Notes under the pieces: generated by a model
The model's input: the letters and a program-made list of their open reading frames with translations, nothing else
Databases searched by the model: none
What the model was told of the DNA's origin: nothing
Part shown: one piece after another, positions 10,198-19,587 of the stretch
Layout: the number at the start of each line of letters is the position of its first letter
Position numbering within the stretch: the first letter of the stretch is position 1
Translations under genes and position numbers: made by a program
Source of the DNA: Chloroflexota bacterium
Lineage (GTDB): Bacteria; Chloroflexota; Dehalococcoidia; UBA2979
Assembly (NCBI GenBank): GCA_003228125.1
Contig: QGNP01000002.1
Coordinates: forward strand, 64,880 to 128,879
DNA length: 64,000 nucleotides
Reading direction: 5' to 3'

Positions 10198-11796
10198 ATG
10201 AAATTAAATTCATATCAAATAAAAATAATCTTTCTGTCCTTAATATTCTCTACTACAATTTCTTGTGAAAAAATAGCAAATATTATTCCTGATAATATTC
10301 CAACTAGAAATAACCCGGAAGTAACGCAAATTATTTCTAATGAAAAAATATCAATTGGCAAACCTATATTGCCATCATTAGATTTTATTCAAAAGAATTC
10401 TTCTCAAGAAAAATTAGATAAATTTGATACTTCAGTTTATGAGAGATCATTAAGTATAGTAAGAATTACTATTAAACTTATAGATAGTAATCAGAAAATT
10501 ATCGAAAGAAATGGCAACGGTGTAATTATTGATCGAAAAAATGGAATATTAATGACTACAAAGAGTTTAATTAATTTACAAGAACTATCAAAAAAAAATA
10601 TAATAGATTCAATTAAAATATCACTAAACTTTGATCAATCAGATAGTAAACCAAAGACATTCGATGCAAAAATAATTCCAACTGATGATTTCAATGTAAC
10701 ATTATTAAGAATAATCAATAATCCTAATCAAAAACAAACAAAACTACTGATGACTGAATCAAAAATGCCTAATTTTATCAATGTGTTGCCAGGTGATAAA
10801 ATAGAAATTATTAATTTTATTAAGGAAAATAATTCAGATGAATTCAGCATTAGTTTAACCGATGCTTTAATAAAAAGAAAATATAGCGGTGTTGGAAAAA
10901 CTTACAGTAAATGGCTTTCAACAAATATTGTACTTCCTAATTCATATTTAGGTACACCAGTATTTGATCAACAAGGTCTATTAATAGGTCTTGTTGATCA
11001 AATACGATACAATGAAGATTCCCCTTTAACATTCATAACTACAGCTTTAATTAGTGGAAAAGACATTGAGTCAATTCTTTTAATTGACAAACAGGCATCA
11101 ACAATTCTAAATCCTACTTTTAATTATTTAGATAATAAAGAGAATATTATTATAACTGAACCAGTTTTTTCAACAAATTCAATCATGCAAAATGGAGCTT
11201 TAACATTGTATGATTATAATTTTTACTTTAATGATAAAGTTTATCTTTTGTATTATCAATTTTTTACTCAAGGATTGCAAATAGGCGATTCAATAGAAGA
11301 AAAATGGTTTTGGAATGATATTCATCAAGAAAATATTTCTTCACAATATATATGGCAAGCTAACAATAATATTATTACTGATAGCATCTCTTTTTCTTAT
11401 CCAAAGGGAATTCCAAAAGGTATATGGACATTAGAAATTCATGTTAATGAACAAATAAAAGCATCTAGTTCTCTGAATGTAATGGAAGAAATGGATAAAA
11501 AAATATTCAAAAACTTCAAAATACAGAGCACTTTTTTAAATAGTAATCAACTATTACTCTCATTCAATTATGCTAACACTGTCTACGATGCAATTTTAAC
11601 TTATATCTTATATTCAAATGGAAAAATACTACATGAATCTAAGCAATTGACTTTTAATCAAAAGGGTGATGGCATAATAAATATCGTGTATTATGATACT
11701 AATGAAGAAGCTATGAATAGCTTAGATAATCTAGAAGTTGATTTTTTCATCAATTTTGAATTTGTAGGCAATGCTAAACTAAATAAAGGAGAATAA
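10198..11796 (+). CDS. Putative lipoprotein with a degenerate trypsin-like (S1C-like) domain and a C-terminal beta-rich region
   Basis: Signal plus lipobox-like LIFSTTISC. Protease-like blocks NGNGVIIDRKNGILMTTKSLI, DDFNVTLLRI and LGTPVFDQQGLLIGLV appear to lack the His and Ser. The track start at 10189 is TTG; the ATG is at 10198. Confidence 0.45.
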   Translation: MKLNSYQIKIIFLSLIFSTTISCEKIANIIPDNIPTRNNPEVTQIISNEKISIGKPILPSLDFIQKNSSQEKLDKFDTSVYERSLSIVRITIKLIDSNQKIIERNGNGVIIDRKNGILMTTKSLINLQELSKKNIIDSIKISLNFDQSDSKPKTFDAKIIPTDDFNVTLLRIINNPNQKQTKLLMTESKMPNFINVLPGDKIEIINFIKENNSDEFSISLTDALIKRKYSGVGKTYSKWLSTNIVLPNSYLGTPVFDQQGLLIGLVDQIRYNEDSPLTFITTALISGKDIESILLIDKQASTILNPTFNYLDNKENIIITEPVFSTNSIMQNGALTLYDYNFYFNDKVYLLYYQFFTQGLQIGDSIEEKWFWNDIHQENISSQYIWQANNNIITDSISFSYPKGIPKGIWTLEIHVNEQIKASSSLNVMEEMDKKIFKNFKIQSTFLNSNQLLLSFNYANTVYDAILTYILYSNGKILHESKQLTFNQKGDGIINIVYYDTNEEAMNSLDNLEVDFFINFEFVGNAKLNKGE

Positions 11797-11797
11797 A

Positions 11798-12460
11798 ATG
11801 AATAAAAAAATTGCACTTATAGGTGGTACAGGACCAGAAGGTAAAGGATTGGCAAAACGATTAGCTATAACTGGAAATCAAATTTTTATTGGAAGTAGAA
11901 AGCAAGAAAGAGGCAAAGAAATTGCAGAAGAATTAACTAATGAATTAAATGAATACCCTCAAATCTGCATCAAAGGTGGAGACAATCGAGAAATGGCAGA
12001 GTTATCTGAAATTATTATCATAGTTGTTCCATATTCAGCGCATAAAAATACTTTAATGCAGATTGAAAATGAATTAGAAGGCAAGATAGTAATTGATGCA
12101 GTAGTTCCAATGGAATTTCAAAAAGGACCTCGATCAATTGAAGTTGAAGCAGGTTCAGCCACTGAAGAAGCAGCGCAAATATTAGAAAATTCCACTGTAA
12201 TAGGGGCTTTTCATAATTTATCAGCAGAAATTTTAATGGATTTAAAAAAAGATGTAATTGGTGATGTTCTAATAACTGGTAACAATAAAGAGGCAAAACA
12301 AGAAGTGTCATCTTTGGCAGAAGAAATTGGTTCAATTAGAGCAGTAGATGCAGGACCACTAAGAAATTCAAAGCATGTAGAAAATTTAACTGTTTTATTA
12401 ATTGGTATTAATGGTCGATATAAAGCACACTCTAGTATCATTATTACTGATATAAATTAA
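11798..12460 (+). CDS. npdG: NADPH-dependent F420 reductase-like oxidoreductase
   Basis: KIALIGGTGPEGKGLAKRLA Rossmann N-terminus, about 220 aa, adjacent to cofE. Confidence 0.65.
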   Translation: MNKKIALIGGTGPEGKGLAKRLAITGNQIFIGSRKQERGKEIAEELTNELNEYPQICIKGGDNREMAELSEIIIIVVPYSAHKNTLMQIENELEGKIVIDAVVPMEFQKGPRSIEVEAGSATEEAAQILENSTVIGAFHNLSAEILMDLKKDVIGDVLITGNNKEAKQEVSSLAEEIGSIRAVDAGPLRNSKHVENLTVLLIGINGRYKAHSSIIITDIN

Positions 12461-12481
12461 ATCATTTATTAAGAGATTTTT

Positions 12482-13237
12482 ATGAATGAAGAAATAAAAA
12501 TTATAGGCATACCAAACTTTCCACTAATAAAAAATGGCGATGATTTGGCAAGCATTATTAAAAATAAAATTTTAGAAGAAAAAATATCTTTAGATCAAGA
12601 TGATATTATTGTTATTACTCAAAGAATATGTTCAATTGCTGAAGATAGAATTAAAAACCTTAATTCATATATTCCTAATACATTTGCAAAAAATTGGGCA
12701 GAAAAATATAATAAAGATTCTAGGCTAATTGAAGCTGTGATACAAGAATCAAAAAAAGTGATAAGAAAGAAAAATGGAATCCTCATAACTGAAACTAAAC
12801 ATGGATTTATATGTGCAAATAGCGGTATTGATAATTCAAATGTTGCTGGCATTGATAACATATGTCTGCTGCCGCTTGATCCCGATTCTTCTTGTCGAAT
12901 TATAAAAGAAAAAATAAAAAACGAGATGAATAAAGACATAGCTGTAATAATGACTGATACTTTTGGAAGACCCTGGCGAATGGGACAAACCAATATAGCA
13001 ATTGGAATATCAGGAATAAATCCGATACAAGATTATGTAGGAAAAAAAGATATATTTAACAGAACTATGAATTTTACAATGATATGTATCGCCGATGAAA
13101 TAGCGAGCGCAGCAGAATTAATGATGGGTAAAACAAAAAAAATGCCTGTGGCTATTATAAAAGGTTACAAATATGAAAAGAACTTGGATACTATATCTAG
13201 AATAGTTAGAGATGAAAAGAACGATCTATTTAGATAA
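12482..13237 (+). CDS. cofE: Coenzyme F420-0:L-glutamate ligase
   Basis: CANSGIDNSN, LLPLDPDSS, DTFGRPWRMGQTNIAIG and ADEIASAAELMMGK blocks typical of CofE/FbiB-N. Confidence 0.85.
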   Translation: MNEEIKIIGIPNFPLIKNGDDLASIIKNKILEEKISLDQDDIIVITQRICSIAEDRIKNLNSYIPNTFAKNWAEKYNKDSRLIEAVIQESKKVIRKKNGILITETKHGFICANSGIDNSNVAGIDNICLLPLDPDSSCRIIKEKIKNEMNKDIAVIMTDTFGRPWRMGQTNIAIGISGINPIQDYVGKKDIFNRTMNFTMICIADEIASAAELMMGKTKKMPVAIIKGYKYEKNLDTISRIVRDEKNDLFR

Positions 13238-13242
13238 ATATA

Positions 13243-13485
13243 ATGAAAAAAAATATTAAAAAAATACTAATAAACCAATTGCAAGATGACAAAGACCCAC
13301 GATTTAATATTTGGTTACTTTTGCCTGGTATTTGCATTGCAATTTTATGGTCATTATGGAAAACAATTATAATACAAGGTAGCATTTCGTTAGATTTTTT
13401 CTCAATTTTAATTTGGCCTGGTTTTGCTATTTTTTTCATTACATCAATATTCGCTATCCTAGGATGGCAATTGGATATTGATTAA
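13243..13485 (+). CDS. Small membrane protein (2 TM), unknown function
   Basis: Two hydrophobic segments. The ATGA overlap suggests translational coupling to holA. Confidence 0.4.
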   Translation: MKKNIKKILINQLQDDKDPRFNIWLLLPGICIAILWSLWKTIIIQGSISLDFFSILIWPGFAIFFITSIFAILGWQLDID

Positions 13486-14477
13486 TGATACATATAATTA
13501 TTGGTAGTGAAGAATTTTTAATTAAAGAAAAAGTTAGAGACATTTTTCAAGAAATAAAAATAAATACTGATGCAAACCTTAATATAATTGAAGGAAAAAA
13601 AATTGATAGTAAAGTTTTAATAAGCAAGTTAGCAAATATGTCTTTATTTGATGACAAGAAAATTTCATTAGTAGAAAATTATTTTACAAATTTTAATGGT
13701 ATAAAAAAAGCAACAATAATTACAAAACTTTTTCAAGAATTAGCAAATATAACAATTAAGTCCGAAATTATTTTTGCTGAATACCCAAAAGAAAATAAAA
13801 ATAATTTTCGTGAAGATTTTTTAACAGCTAAAAGTCCTATTTTTAAATTGATACCTAAAGATTTAAAAATAAAATACTATGAATTAAATAGATTAAAAAA
13901 TTTTACAAATAATAATGAGATTGAAGATTGGTTAAAAAAAAGATGCAATAAATTATCAATTAAAATTGATAATTTAGCTCTAAAAGAATTAATTAACTTA
14001 AAAGGCAATAATTTAAGATCTTTATTAAATGAGATTAAAAAACTTAATATATACGTTAATAATGCAAATATAACTTTAAAAGAAGTGAAAGAATTAACGA
14101 TTGAATGGAAGAATTATAATATATTCCCTATAATCGATTCCATTGTAATAGGCAAAGGCAATACTAGTAGAAATAATTTAAATAAACTGCTTTTAAAAGG
14201 AGATACTTCTCACCAAGAAATACTTTATAGAATCGCAAATCAAACATCGCAATTATTAAGAATATCAGACATTGCTCATTTACCAAAAAATAAAATTTCA
14301 GAAAAAGCACACGTTAGTGGATTCAGATTAGAAAAAATTATTACACAAGCAAAAAAAGGCCGTAATTATTTTGCAAATAATTTAAAAATTATCAAAAAAT
14401 ATGATATAAAAATTAAATCTGGCGAAGTAAATGAAAAAGTTGCATTAGATTTAATAATAAATGAATTTAATAGATGA
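13485..14477 (+). CDS. holA: DNA polymerase III delta subunit
   Basis: N-terminal IIGSEEFLIKEK...SLFDDKKISLVEN and central LRSLLNEIKKLNIY pattern typical of HolA. About 330 aa. Confidence 0.65.
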   Translation: MIHIIIGSEEFLIKEKVRDIFQEIKINTDANLNIIEGKKIDSKVLISKLANMSLFDDKKISLVENYFTNFNGIKKATIITKLFQELANITIKSEIIFAEYPKENKNNFREDFLTAKSPIFKLIPKDLKIKYYELNRLKNFTNNNEIEDWLKKRCNKLSIKIDNLALKELINLKGNNLRSLLNEIKKLNIYVNNANITLKEVKELTIEWKNYNIFPIIDSIVIGKGNTSRNNLNKLLLKGDTSHQEILYRIANQTSQLLRISDIAHLPKNKISEKAHVSGFRLEKIITQAKKGRNYFANNLKIIKKYDIKIKSGEVNEKVALDLIINEFNR

Positions 14478-14478
14478 A

Positions 14479-14706
14479 CTACCAATTCCTAATTGAAGTA
14501 ACTAATCGACCTTGAACATTAAAATCAGTAGCATCAATAAAAAATGGTTCCATGCTTTTATTCATTGGTTCTAGTTTTATTTTATTGCCATTTTTATAAA
14601 TTCTCTTAAAAGTCGTAGCATTTTCCGACTCAATCCATACTGCAACCATGTCGCCATTATCAAACTGATTAGTTTTTTCTAATATTATAATATCTCCATC
14701 TTGAAT
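14479..14706 (-). pseudogene. lexA: In-frame continuation of lexA after the TAA (75 codons containing the catalytic Lys region)
   Basis: Same frame: IQDGDIIILEKTNQFDNGDMVAVWIESENATTFKRIYKNGNKIKLEPMNKSMEPFFIDATDFNVQGRLVTSIRNW, then TAG at 14479-14481. Collinear with B. subtilis LexA ...GILDGDYVIV...ATVKRF...L.PEN..MEPI. Confidence 0.8.
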
Positions 14707-15111
14707 TTATGCATCAATCATTGAGTTACCTTTAATTTGCAAAGCAAACAAACCAGTTTTACTTCCTACTTGATCTTTTGATAATTCGATTGAATCTATA
14801 GCAACATTATTAAATGTATTATCATCTGGAAATTGAATTGGTATACCTGCTGCAATTTTTCCCAGTAATGGAATCCTGACTGTTCGAGAACGGATATTGT
14901 TCTCTCCTAAAAGTTCAATCCCACGAGAAATATCTTTATCTCTTCTAATCAAACCTTTCTCTTCTAATTTTTTCAAATTATAATCTACGACTGAAGTAGA
15001 AGAAATATCGCAATTATTTTGTATGTCTCTAATAGAAGGTGGGTAATCTTTTTCTAAGATAAAATATTTTAAAAAATTAAAAATTTTATCTTGTTTATCA
15101 GTAAGTTCCAT
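14707..15111 (-). CDS. lexA: LexA repressor, N-terminal 134 codons (wHTH, linker, Ser nucleophile GNSM), ending at an in-frame TAA
   Basis: LTDKQDKIFNFLKYFILEKDYPPSIRDI wHTH. ...LQIKGNSMIDA then TAA at 14707-14709. Confidence 0.85.
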   Translation of the reverse strand: MELTDKQDKIFNFLKYFILEKDYPPSIRDIQNNCDISSTSVVDYNLKKLEEKGLIRRDKDISRGIELLGENNIRSRTVRIPLLGKIAAGIPIQFPDDNTFNNVAIDSIELSKDQVGSKTGLFALQIKGNSMIDA

Positions 15112-15140
15112 ATTCTAGCCTTCAAATACACGTATAAATA

Positions 15141-15152
15141 AAACATATGTTC
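15141..15152. promoter_or_regulatory. Candidate SOS (Cheo-type) box AAACATATGTTC (11/12 match to GAAC-N4-GTTC)
   Basis: Palindrome 30-41 nt upstream of the lexA ATG, in the divergent lexA / PIG-L intergenic region. A weaker AAC-N4-GTT site lies at 15175-15186. Confidence 0.45.
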
Positions 15153-15247
15153 TATACATATTTATATGCTAATACAACTTATGTTAAAATACAAGCACTA
15201 TAAGCTGTTAGCTAATATAATATAGATATAATAATAAAGGAGTTTTT

Positions 15248-16003
15248 ATGGCACCGAGCGGATTAGAAGATCTATTTGGAAATGAAATTTCAAATGGACC
15301 AAATATTGAAAATGGAGATCTACCTAGGGCAATGGTTATTGCTGGTCATCCAGATGATTCTGATGTTGGAGCAGGAGGAATTACTGCTAAGCTTGCTAAA
15401 GCTGGATGGGAAGTTAGAATAATAGTTGCTACTGATGGTTCAAAAGGATCTAGTCAAGCAAATATTAATCAAAAAGAGTTAGTAGCAAAAAGAATTATTG
15501 AGCAACAAAATGCATCCAAAGTCTTAGGTGCTAAAGATGTCAAATTTTTAGATTTTATTGATGGTGAATTAGAATATAATAGAAATTTAATTGCAAAAAT
15601 TACAAAAGAAATTAGAATTTTTAAACCATATGCAGTATACACTCACGACCCTGAAGCAATAATAATTAATAATTCATTTGTAAGTCACAGCGATCATAGA
15701 GCAACCGGACTAGCAACAGTAGACAGTGTTTATCCTACTGCAAGAGATCCATTAAATTTTCCTGAACATATGGAAGAAGGCCTTGAAACTCATAAAGTAA
15801 GAGAGCTTTTTTTATGGGGAACAAACCAATCTAATCTTGAAATAGATATAAGTGATTACTTTCAAAAAAAGATTGATGCTTTAAAAGAACACAAGAGTCA
15901 ATTTGATTTTACAGATGAGATGCAAAATAGATTTCTTGAAAGATGGAAAAATGACGATGGTAAATATACTGAAAAATTTAGAAGAATTGTTTTTTCTAGA
16001 TGA
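15248..16003 (+). CDS. PIG-L/LmbE family N-acetylglucosaminyl deacetylase (MshB/Mca-like)
   Basis: AGHPDDSDVGAGG and HSDHRATG zinc-site motifs. Confidence 0.8.
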   Translation: MAPSGLEDLFGNEISNGPNIENGDLPRAMVIAGHPDDSDVGAGGITAKLAKAGWEVRIIVATDGSKGSSQANINQKELVAKRIIEQQNASKVLGAKDVKFLDFIDGELEYNRNLIAKITKEIRIFKPYAVYTHDPEAIIINNSFVSHSDHRATGLATVDSVYPTARDPLNFPEHMEEGLETHKVRELFLWGTNQSNLEIDISDYFQKKIDALKEHKSQFDFTDEMQNRFLERWKNDDGKYTEKFRRIVFSR

Positions 16004-16983
16004 ATATTAATCAAATTAATATACAATTTTGCACTGAATGTGGAACAAAGTTACATAAAAAAGCTACATCTGGTAGTCCAATGCAATGTCCTAAATGTAA
16101 TAAAATGATTTACATTGAACCAAAAGTTGCAGTTGGTGCAGTTGTTCTGAATAATAATAAAGAAATATTACTAGTAAAAAGAAACACTGAGCCATTTATC
16201 GGGCAATGGTCTTTTCCGGCAGGATTTGTAAATCCTGGCGAATTAATTGAAAATGCATTAATGAGAGAGGTTTTAGAAGAAACTGCTATAAAAATTGAAG
16301 TACAAAATTTACTTGGAGTACATGCAACAAAAAATGAACAGGTCATTTTTATAGCTTATCAGGCAAAAGCAAAATCAGAAAAGATTTTTATTAGCAATGA
16401 AATTCAAGAGGCAACATTTTTTAATATGAAAAAATTACCTAAACTAGCATTCCAGCATGATGGTGCCATAATAAAAAAAATAATCACTGATTCAATAAAT
16501 ATTGAAGAGAAAAATATATTTAACTTAAGTCTTTTACAAAAACGAGGCATTGAAGCAGATGTATTAATTCCATTCATTAGAAATTTAGAAAATAAACTAG
16601 GAAAAAAACAAGCTCATAAACTAGCACAATCAGCTATCAAAGAAATTGCAAAAAAACAAGGTGATCAATTTTCTAAAGCAATGAATCGTAATGATTTAAA
16701 AGGTTTTAAAGAAATTCAAGACACATGGTCGGGTGCTGGTAATGATATTATCTTTGAGATATTAAAAGAAGATGAAAGCACTCTGGACTTTAATGTTAGC
16801 AGATGTAGATTTGCAGAAATGTACAAACAACTTGGAGCTCCAGATTTAGGTTATATATTATCCTGTGGAAGAGATTTTTCATTATCTGAAGGATATTCCG
16901 ACAAAATCCATTTATCGCGTTCACAAACTATCATGGAAGGTGCTGATTTTTGTGATTTTAGGTATAGCAAAAAGGATCAATAA
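16000..16983 (+). CDS. Zn-ribbon + Nudix hydrolase fused to an ATC-hydrolase-like C-terminal domain
   Basis: CTECG...CPKC. Nudix box GFVNPGELIENALMREVLEETAI. C-terminal CRFAEMYKQLGAPDLGYILSCGRDF...GADFCDFRY resembles the L-2-amino-thiazoline-4-carboxylate hydrolase family. ATGA overlap with the upstream gene. Confidence 0.65.
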   Translation: MNINQINIQFCTECGTKLHKKATSGSPMQCPKCNKMIYIEPKVAVGAVVLNNNKEILLVKRNTEPFIGQWSFPAGFVNPGELIENALMREVLEETAIKIEVQNLLGVHATKNEQVIFIAYQAKAKSEKIFISNEIQEATFFNMKKLPKLAFQHDGAIIKKIITDSINIEEKNIFNLSLLQKRGIEADVLIPFIRNLENKLGKKQAHKLAQSAIKEIAKKQGDQFSKAMNRNDLKGFKEIQDTWSGAGNDIIFEILKEDESTLDFNVSRCRFAEMYKQLGAPDLGYILSCGRDFSLSEGYSDKIHLSRSQTIMEGADFCDFRYSKKDQ

Positions 16984-17003
16984 ACAAAAAGTATTCATCG
17001 ATA

Positions 17004-18236
17004 TTAAAAAACTATTTTTTTTGCCTGCTTAAATGCTAGAAAAAATAACAATGCAGAAAATACAGACATAAGACTATACAAAATAAATGGAATAGCATAT
17101 GAATTGGTTAAATCAAAAATCCATCCGCCTAAAATAGGGGCTATAATTTGACCACCAAAAGCAAAAGCAAGTACCATGCCAGAAATTGCTCCATAGTGCT
17201 TAACTCCAAAAGTCTTAGTTAAAATCAATGACTCTAACATAGGAACAAAAATTCCACCGCCTCCCCAAAGTAAAACAAAAGCTACAAGAAAAAAAATATT
17301 TGTTGAATAAACAATAGTTAACATTGCAAAACCTTGAAGCAAGGCAACTACAATTGCTAAGAAAAAAATATTTTCTATTTTATTGATCATAATGCTTCCT
17401 GGAATACGACCCAAGGCTCTAATTAAAGAACTAACTCCTAAAAAAATAGCTGCTCCAGTTACGCCCTCACTAATTAAAAAATCTAATCCTAATAAATTAA
17501 CTGCTCCCTGTCCCATAAAAAAGAATATAAAACCAGCTGTTACTAACCAAAAAACTTTAGTTTTATTAGCAACATTTAATGTTACTCCTTTAAGAGTTAT
17601 TCTTTGTTTAAAATTATTTTTATCCTGAACTGGATCAAGTCCAAAATCTTCAGGTTTATCTCTAATTAAAACAATAGCAAAAAAAATATTAATTATAGGA
17701 AATATTATTGCAGCAGAATATAAAGTATACTGCCAAGAATATAATTCAGTAAAAAAAGTTAGGAACGGCAACATGACGCCCCCTAAACCTAAGCCTGTTG
17801 TGACTAGTCCAAGTGCTGCTTGTTGATTACTTACAAACCACCTTGTTGCAAGCCAATTAAAAGTAATGGGCAAAACAAATGGTCTAGCAATTCCTACTAC
17901 GAGCCAGCCAATAAATACAATATAAATGTTGCCGGCACTAGCAGTTATAAGAAATCCTAAAGATGCAATTAAACTGCCTATAATTAGTGATTTTCTAGCA
18001 CCGTGTTTATCCATAAATTTACCGACAGATGTACTGCAAACTGCAGACAATGCTTGCCCAGCAGTAAAACATAAAATTACTGGCAATCTGCCAATAGAAA
18101 AATATTCAGAAATTTCAGGTATATAAACTGCAATGGCCCAAAAAATATAACCTGCAGCTAGCATATTAGAAAGTATACCGACGAAAATTATAATCCATGC
18201 ATAATGGAATGGAATGCGATTGATGATATTTATCAT
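17004..18236 (-). CDS. MFS transporter
   Basis: About 12 hydrophobic segments with an MFS-like loop GKFMDKHGARK. Confidence 0.75.
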   Translation of the reverse strand: MINIINRIPFHYAWIIIFVGILSNMLAAGYIFWAIAVYIPEISEYFSIGRLPVILCFTAGQALSAVCSTSVGKFMDKHGARKSLIIGSLIASLGFLITASAGNIYIVFIGWLVVGIARPFVLPITFNWLATRWFVSNQQAALGLVTTGLGLGGVMLPFLTFFTELYSWQYTLYSAAIIFPIINIFFAIVLIRDKPEDFGLDPVQDKNNFKQRITLKGVTLNVANKTKVFWLVTAGFIFFFMGQGAVNLLGLDFLISEGVTGAAIFLGVSSLIRALGRIPGSIMINKIENIFFLAIVVALLQGFAMLTIVYSTNIFFLVAFVLLWGGGGIFVPMLESLILTKTFGVKHYGAISGMVLAFAFGGQIIAPILGGWIFDLTNSYAIPFILYSLMSVFSALLFFLAFKQAKKIVF

Positions 18237-18245
18237 TAGAATATG

Positions 18246-19544
18246 CTAGTCTTTTTTAGAAGTTTCATCTATCTTAATTAAAGAAAGTTTAGCAATACGT
18301 AACCCGTCCATTGCTTTTACAGACAATTCCCATTTTTCAAAATAAATTTTATCATTGACTCTAGGAATTTTACCAAAATATTCTAAGAAAAATCCAGCCA
18401 CTGTTTTAACAGTCATATTCGTTTGAATAATACCAGTTTTTTCAAATAATAGATCGACTGAATCTAATCCATCCAATAACACTTCTTTTAGATTTGATTG
18501 AAAAAATTTATCATATTTTGGATATTGAAAATCATCTAAAATCTCTCCAAATATTTCATCGATTACATCTTGAAGAGTTACTAATCCATCGGTTCCACCA
18601 TATTCATCTACTACAATTGCAAATTGAGTATGCCTCTGACGCATTTGTACAATTAATTCATTTAAATCAATTTGCGCAGGAATCATTAAGGGTTCTCGAA
18701 GCAAAAGCTTCCAGTCATCAACAGAAGGTGAATGATAAAGATCCCCCACATGCAAGACTCCAACTATGCTATCAAGATCCTCATCGAAAACAGGATAGCG
18801 AGAATGTCTGAATTTAAAAGCAATGCTCCTAATAGAATCTAAATTATCATCTTTGCTGATTGCAATCATCTCAGTTCTTGGAATCAAAACATCTGCAACA
18901 TTTAATTCACTAAAACGTAATACTTTATCAAGCAGCATTTTTTCATCTGAATGTAACACTCCAGCTTCTGCGCTTGCTTTAATTAAAAGTCGTAATTCAT
19001 GTTGATTAATATGTGTATGTTGAATAGGCCCTCTCTCAACTTTAAATAGACTTAATATTTTCCATCCACTTTCATTAAGCAACCAAATAAATGGTTTAAA
19101 AATAAATCTAAATAATTTTAATGGAGGAGAAACAAATAACGCAGTACGTTCAATATTTTGCAAAGCAAAACCTTTTGGTGCTAATTCACCTAAAATAACA
19201 TGCATAGCAGTGATGATAGTAAACATAATAAATACACTTAAGCTATGGCTTGCAATGTTTCCAAATTGCATAGAAAAAATATGCGACAATCCTTCTTCCC
19301 CAATCCAACCTAGAGCAAGACTAAAGATAGTTATGCCTAATTGGCATGTTGCAATATATGAATCCAGATTATTTACAGCATCTTCTAAAGCATTCGCACC
19401 AATTCTATGTTCATTTTTAAATTGCTGAATACGTGTTTTTCGAATTGATACTAATGAAAATTCTGCTGCAACAAAGAAGCCATTCCCGCTTACCAATAAT
19501 AATAAAGTAAATAAAATTAGAAAAAAATCAATTAACATTGTCAA
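18246..19544 (-). CDS. CNNM/TlyC-family protein (DUF21 + CBS pair + CorC_HlyC)
   Basis: N-terminal TM domain with FFVAAEFSLVS, CBS region, and C-terminal transporter-associated domain. Confidence 0.8.
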   Translation of the reverse strand: MTMLIDFFLILFTLLLLVSGNGFFVAAEFSLVSIRKTRIQQFKNEHRIGANALEDAVNNLDSYIATCQLGITIFSLALGWIGEEGLSHIFSMQFGNIASHSLSVFIMFTIITAMHVILGELAPKGFALQNIERTALFVSPPLKLFRFIFKPFIWLLNESGWKILSLFKVERGPIQHTHINQHELRLLIKASAEAGVLHSDEKMLLDKVLRFSELNVADVLIPRTEMIAISKDDNLDSIRSIAFKFRHSRYPVFDEDLDSIVGVLHVGDLYHSPSVDDWKLLLREPLMIPAQIDLNELIVQMRQRHTQFAIVVDEYGGTDGLVTLQDVIDEIFGEILDDFQYPKYDKFFQSNLKEVLLDGLDSVDLLFEKTGIIQTNMTVKTVAGFFLEYFGKIPRVNDKIYFEKWELSVKAMDGLRIAKLSLIKIDETSKKD

Positions 19545-19587
19545 CCTAAAATAAGCTATTTCATACTATACAATTGTTATATAGAGA

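Noticed and set aside
14707-14709. TAA in lexA considered as evidence for a reassigned stop codon
   Set aside because: Most genes in the window terminate at TAA at positions consistent with full-length homologues, and no other in-frame TAA was seen in conserved genes.
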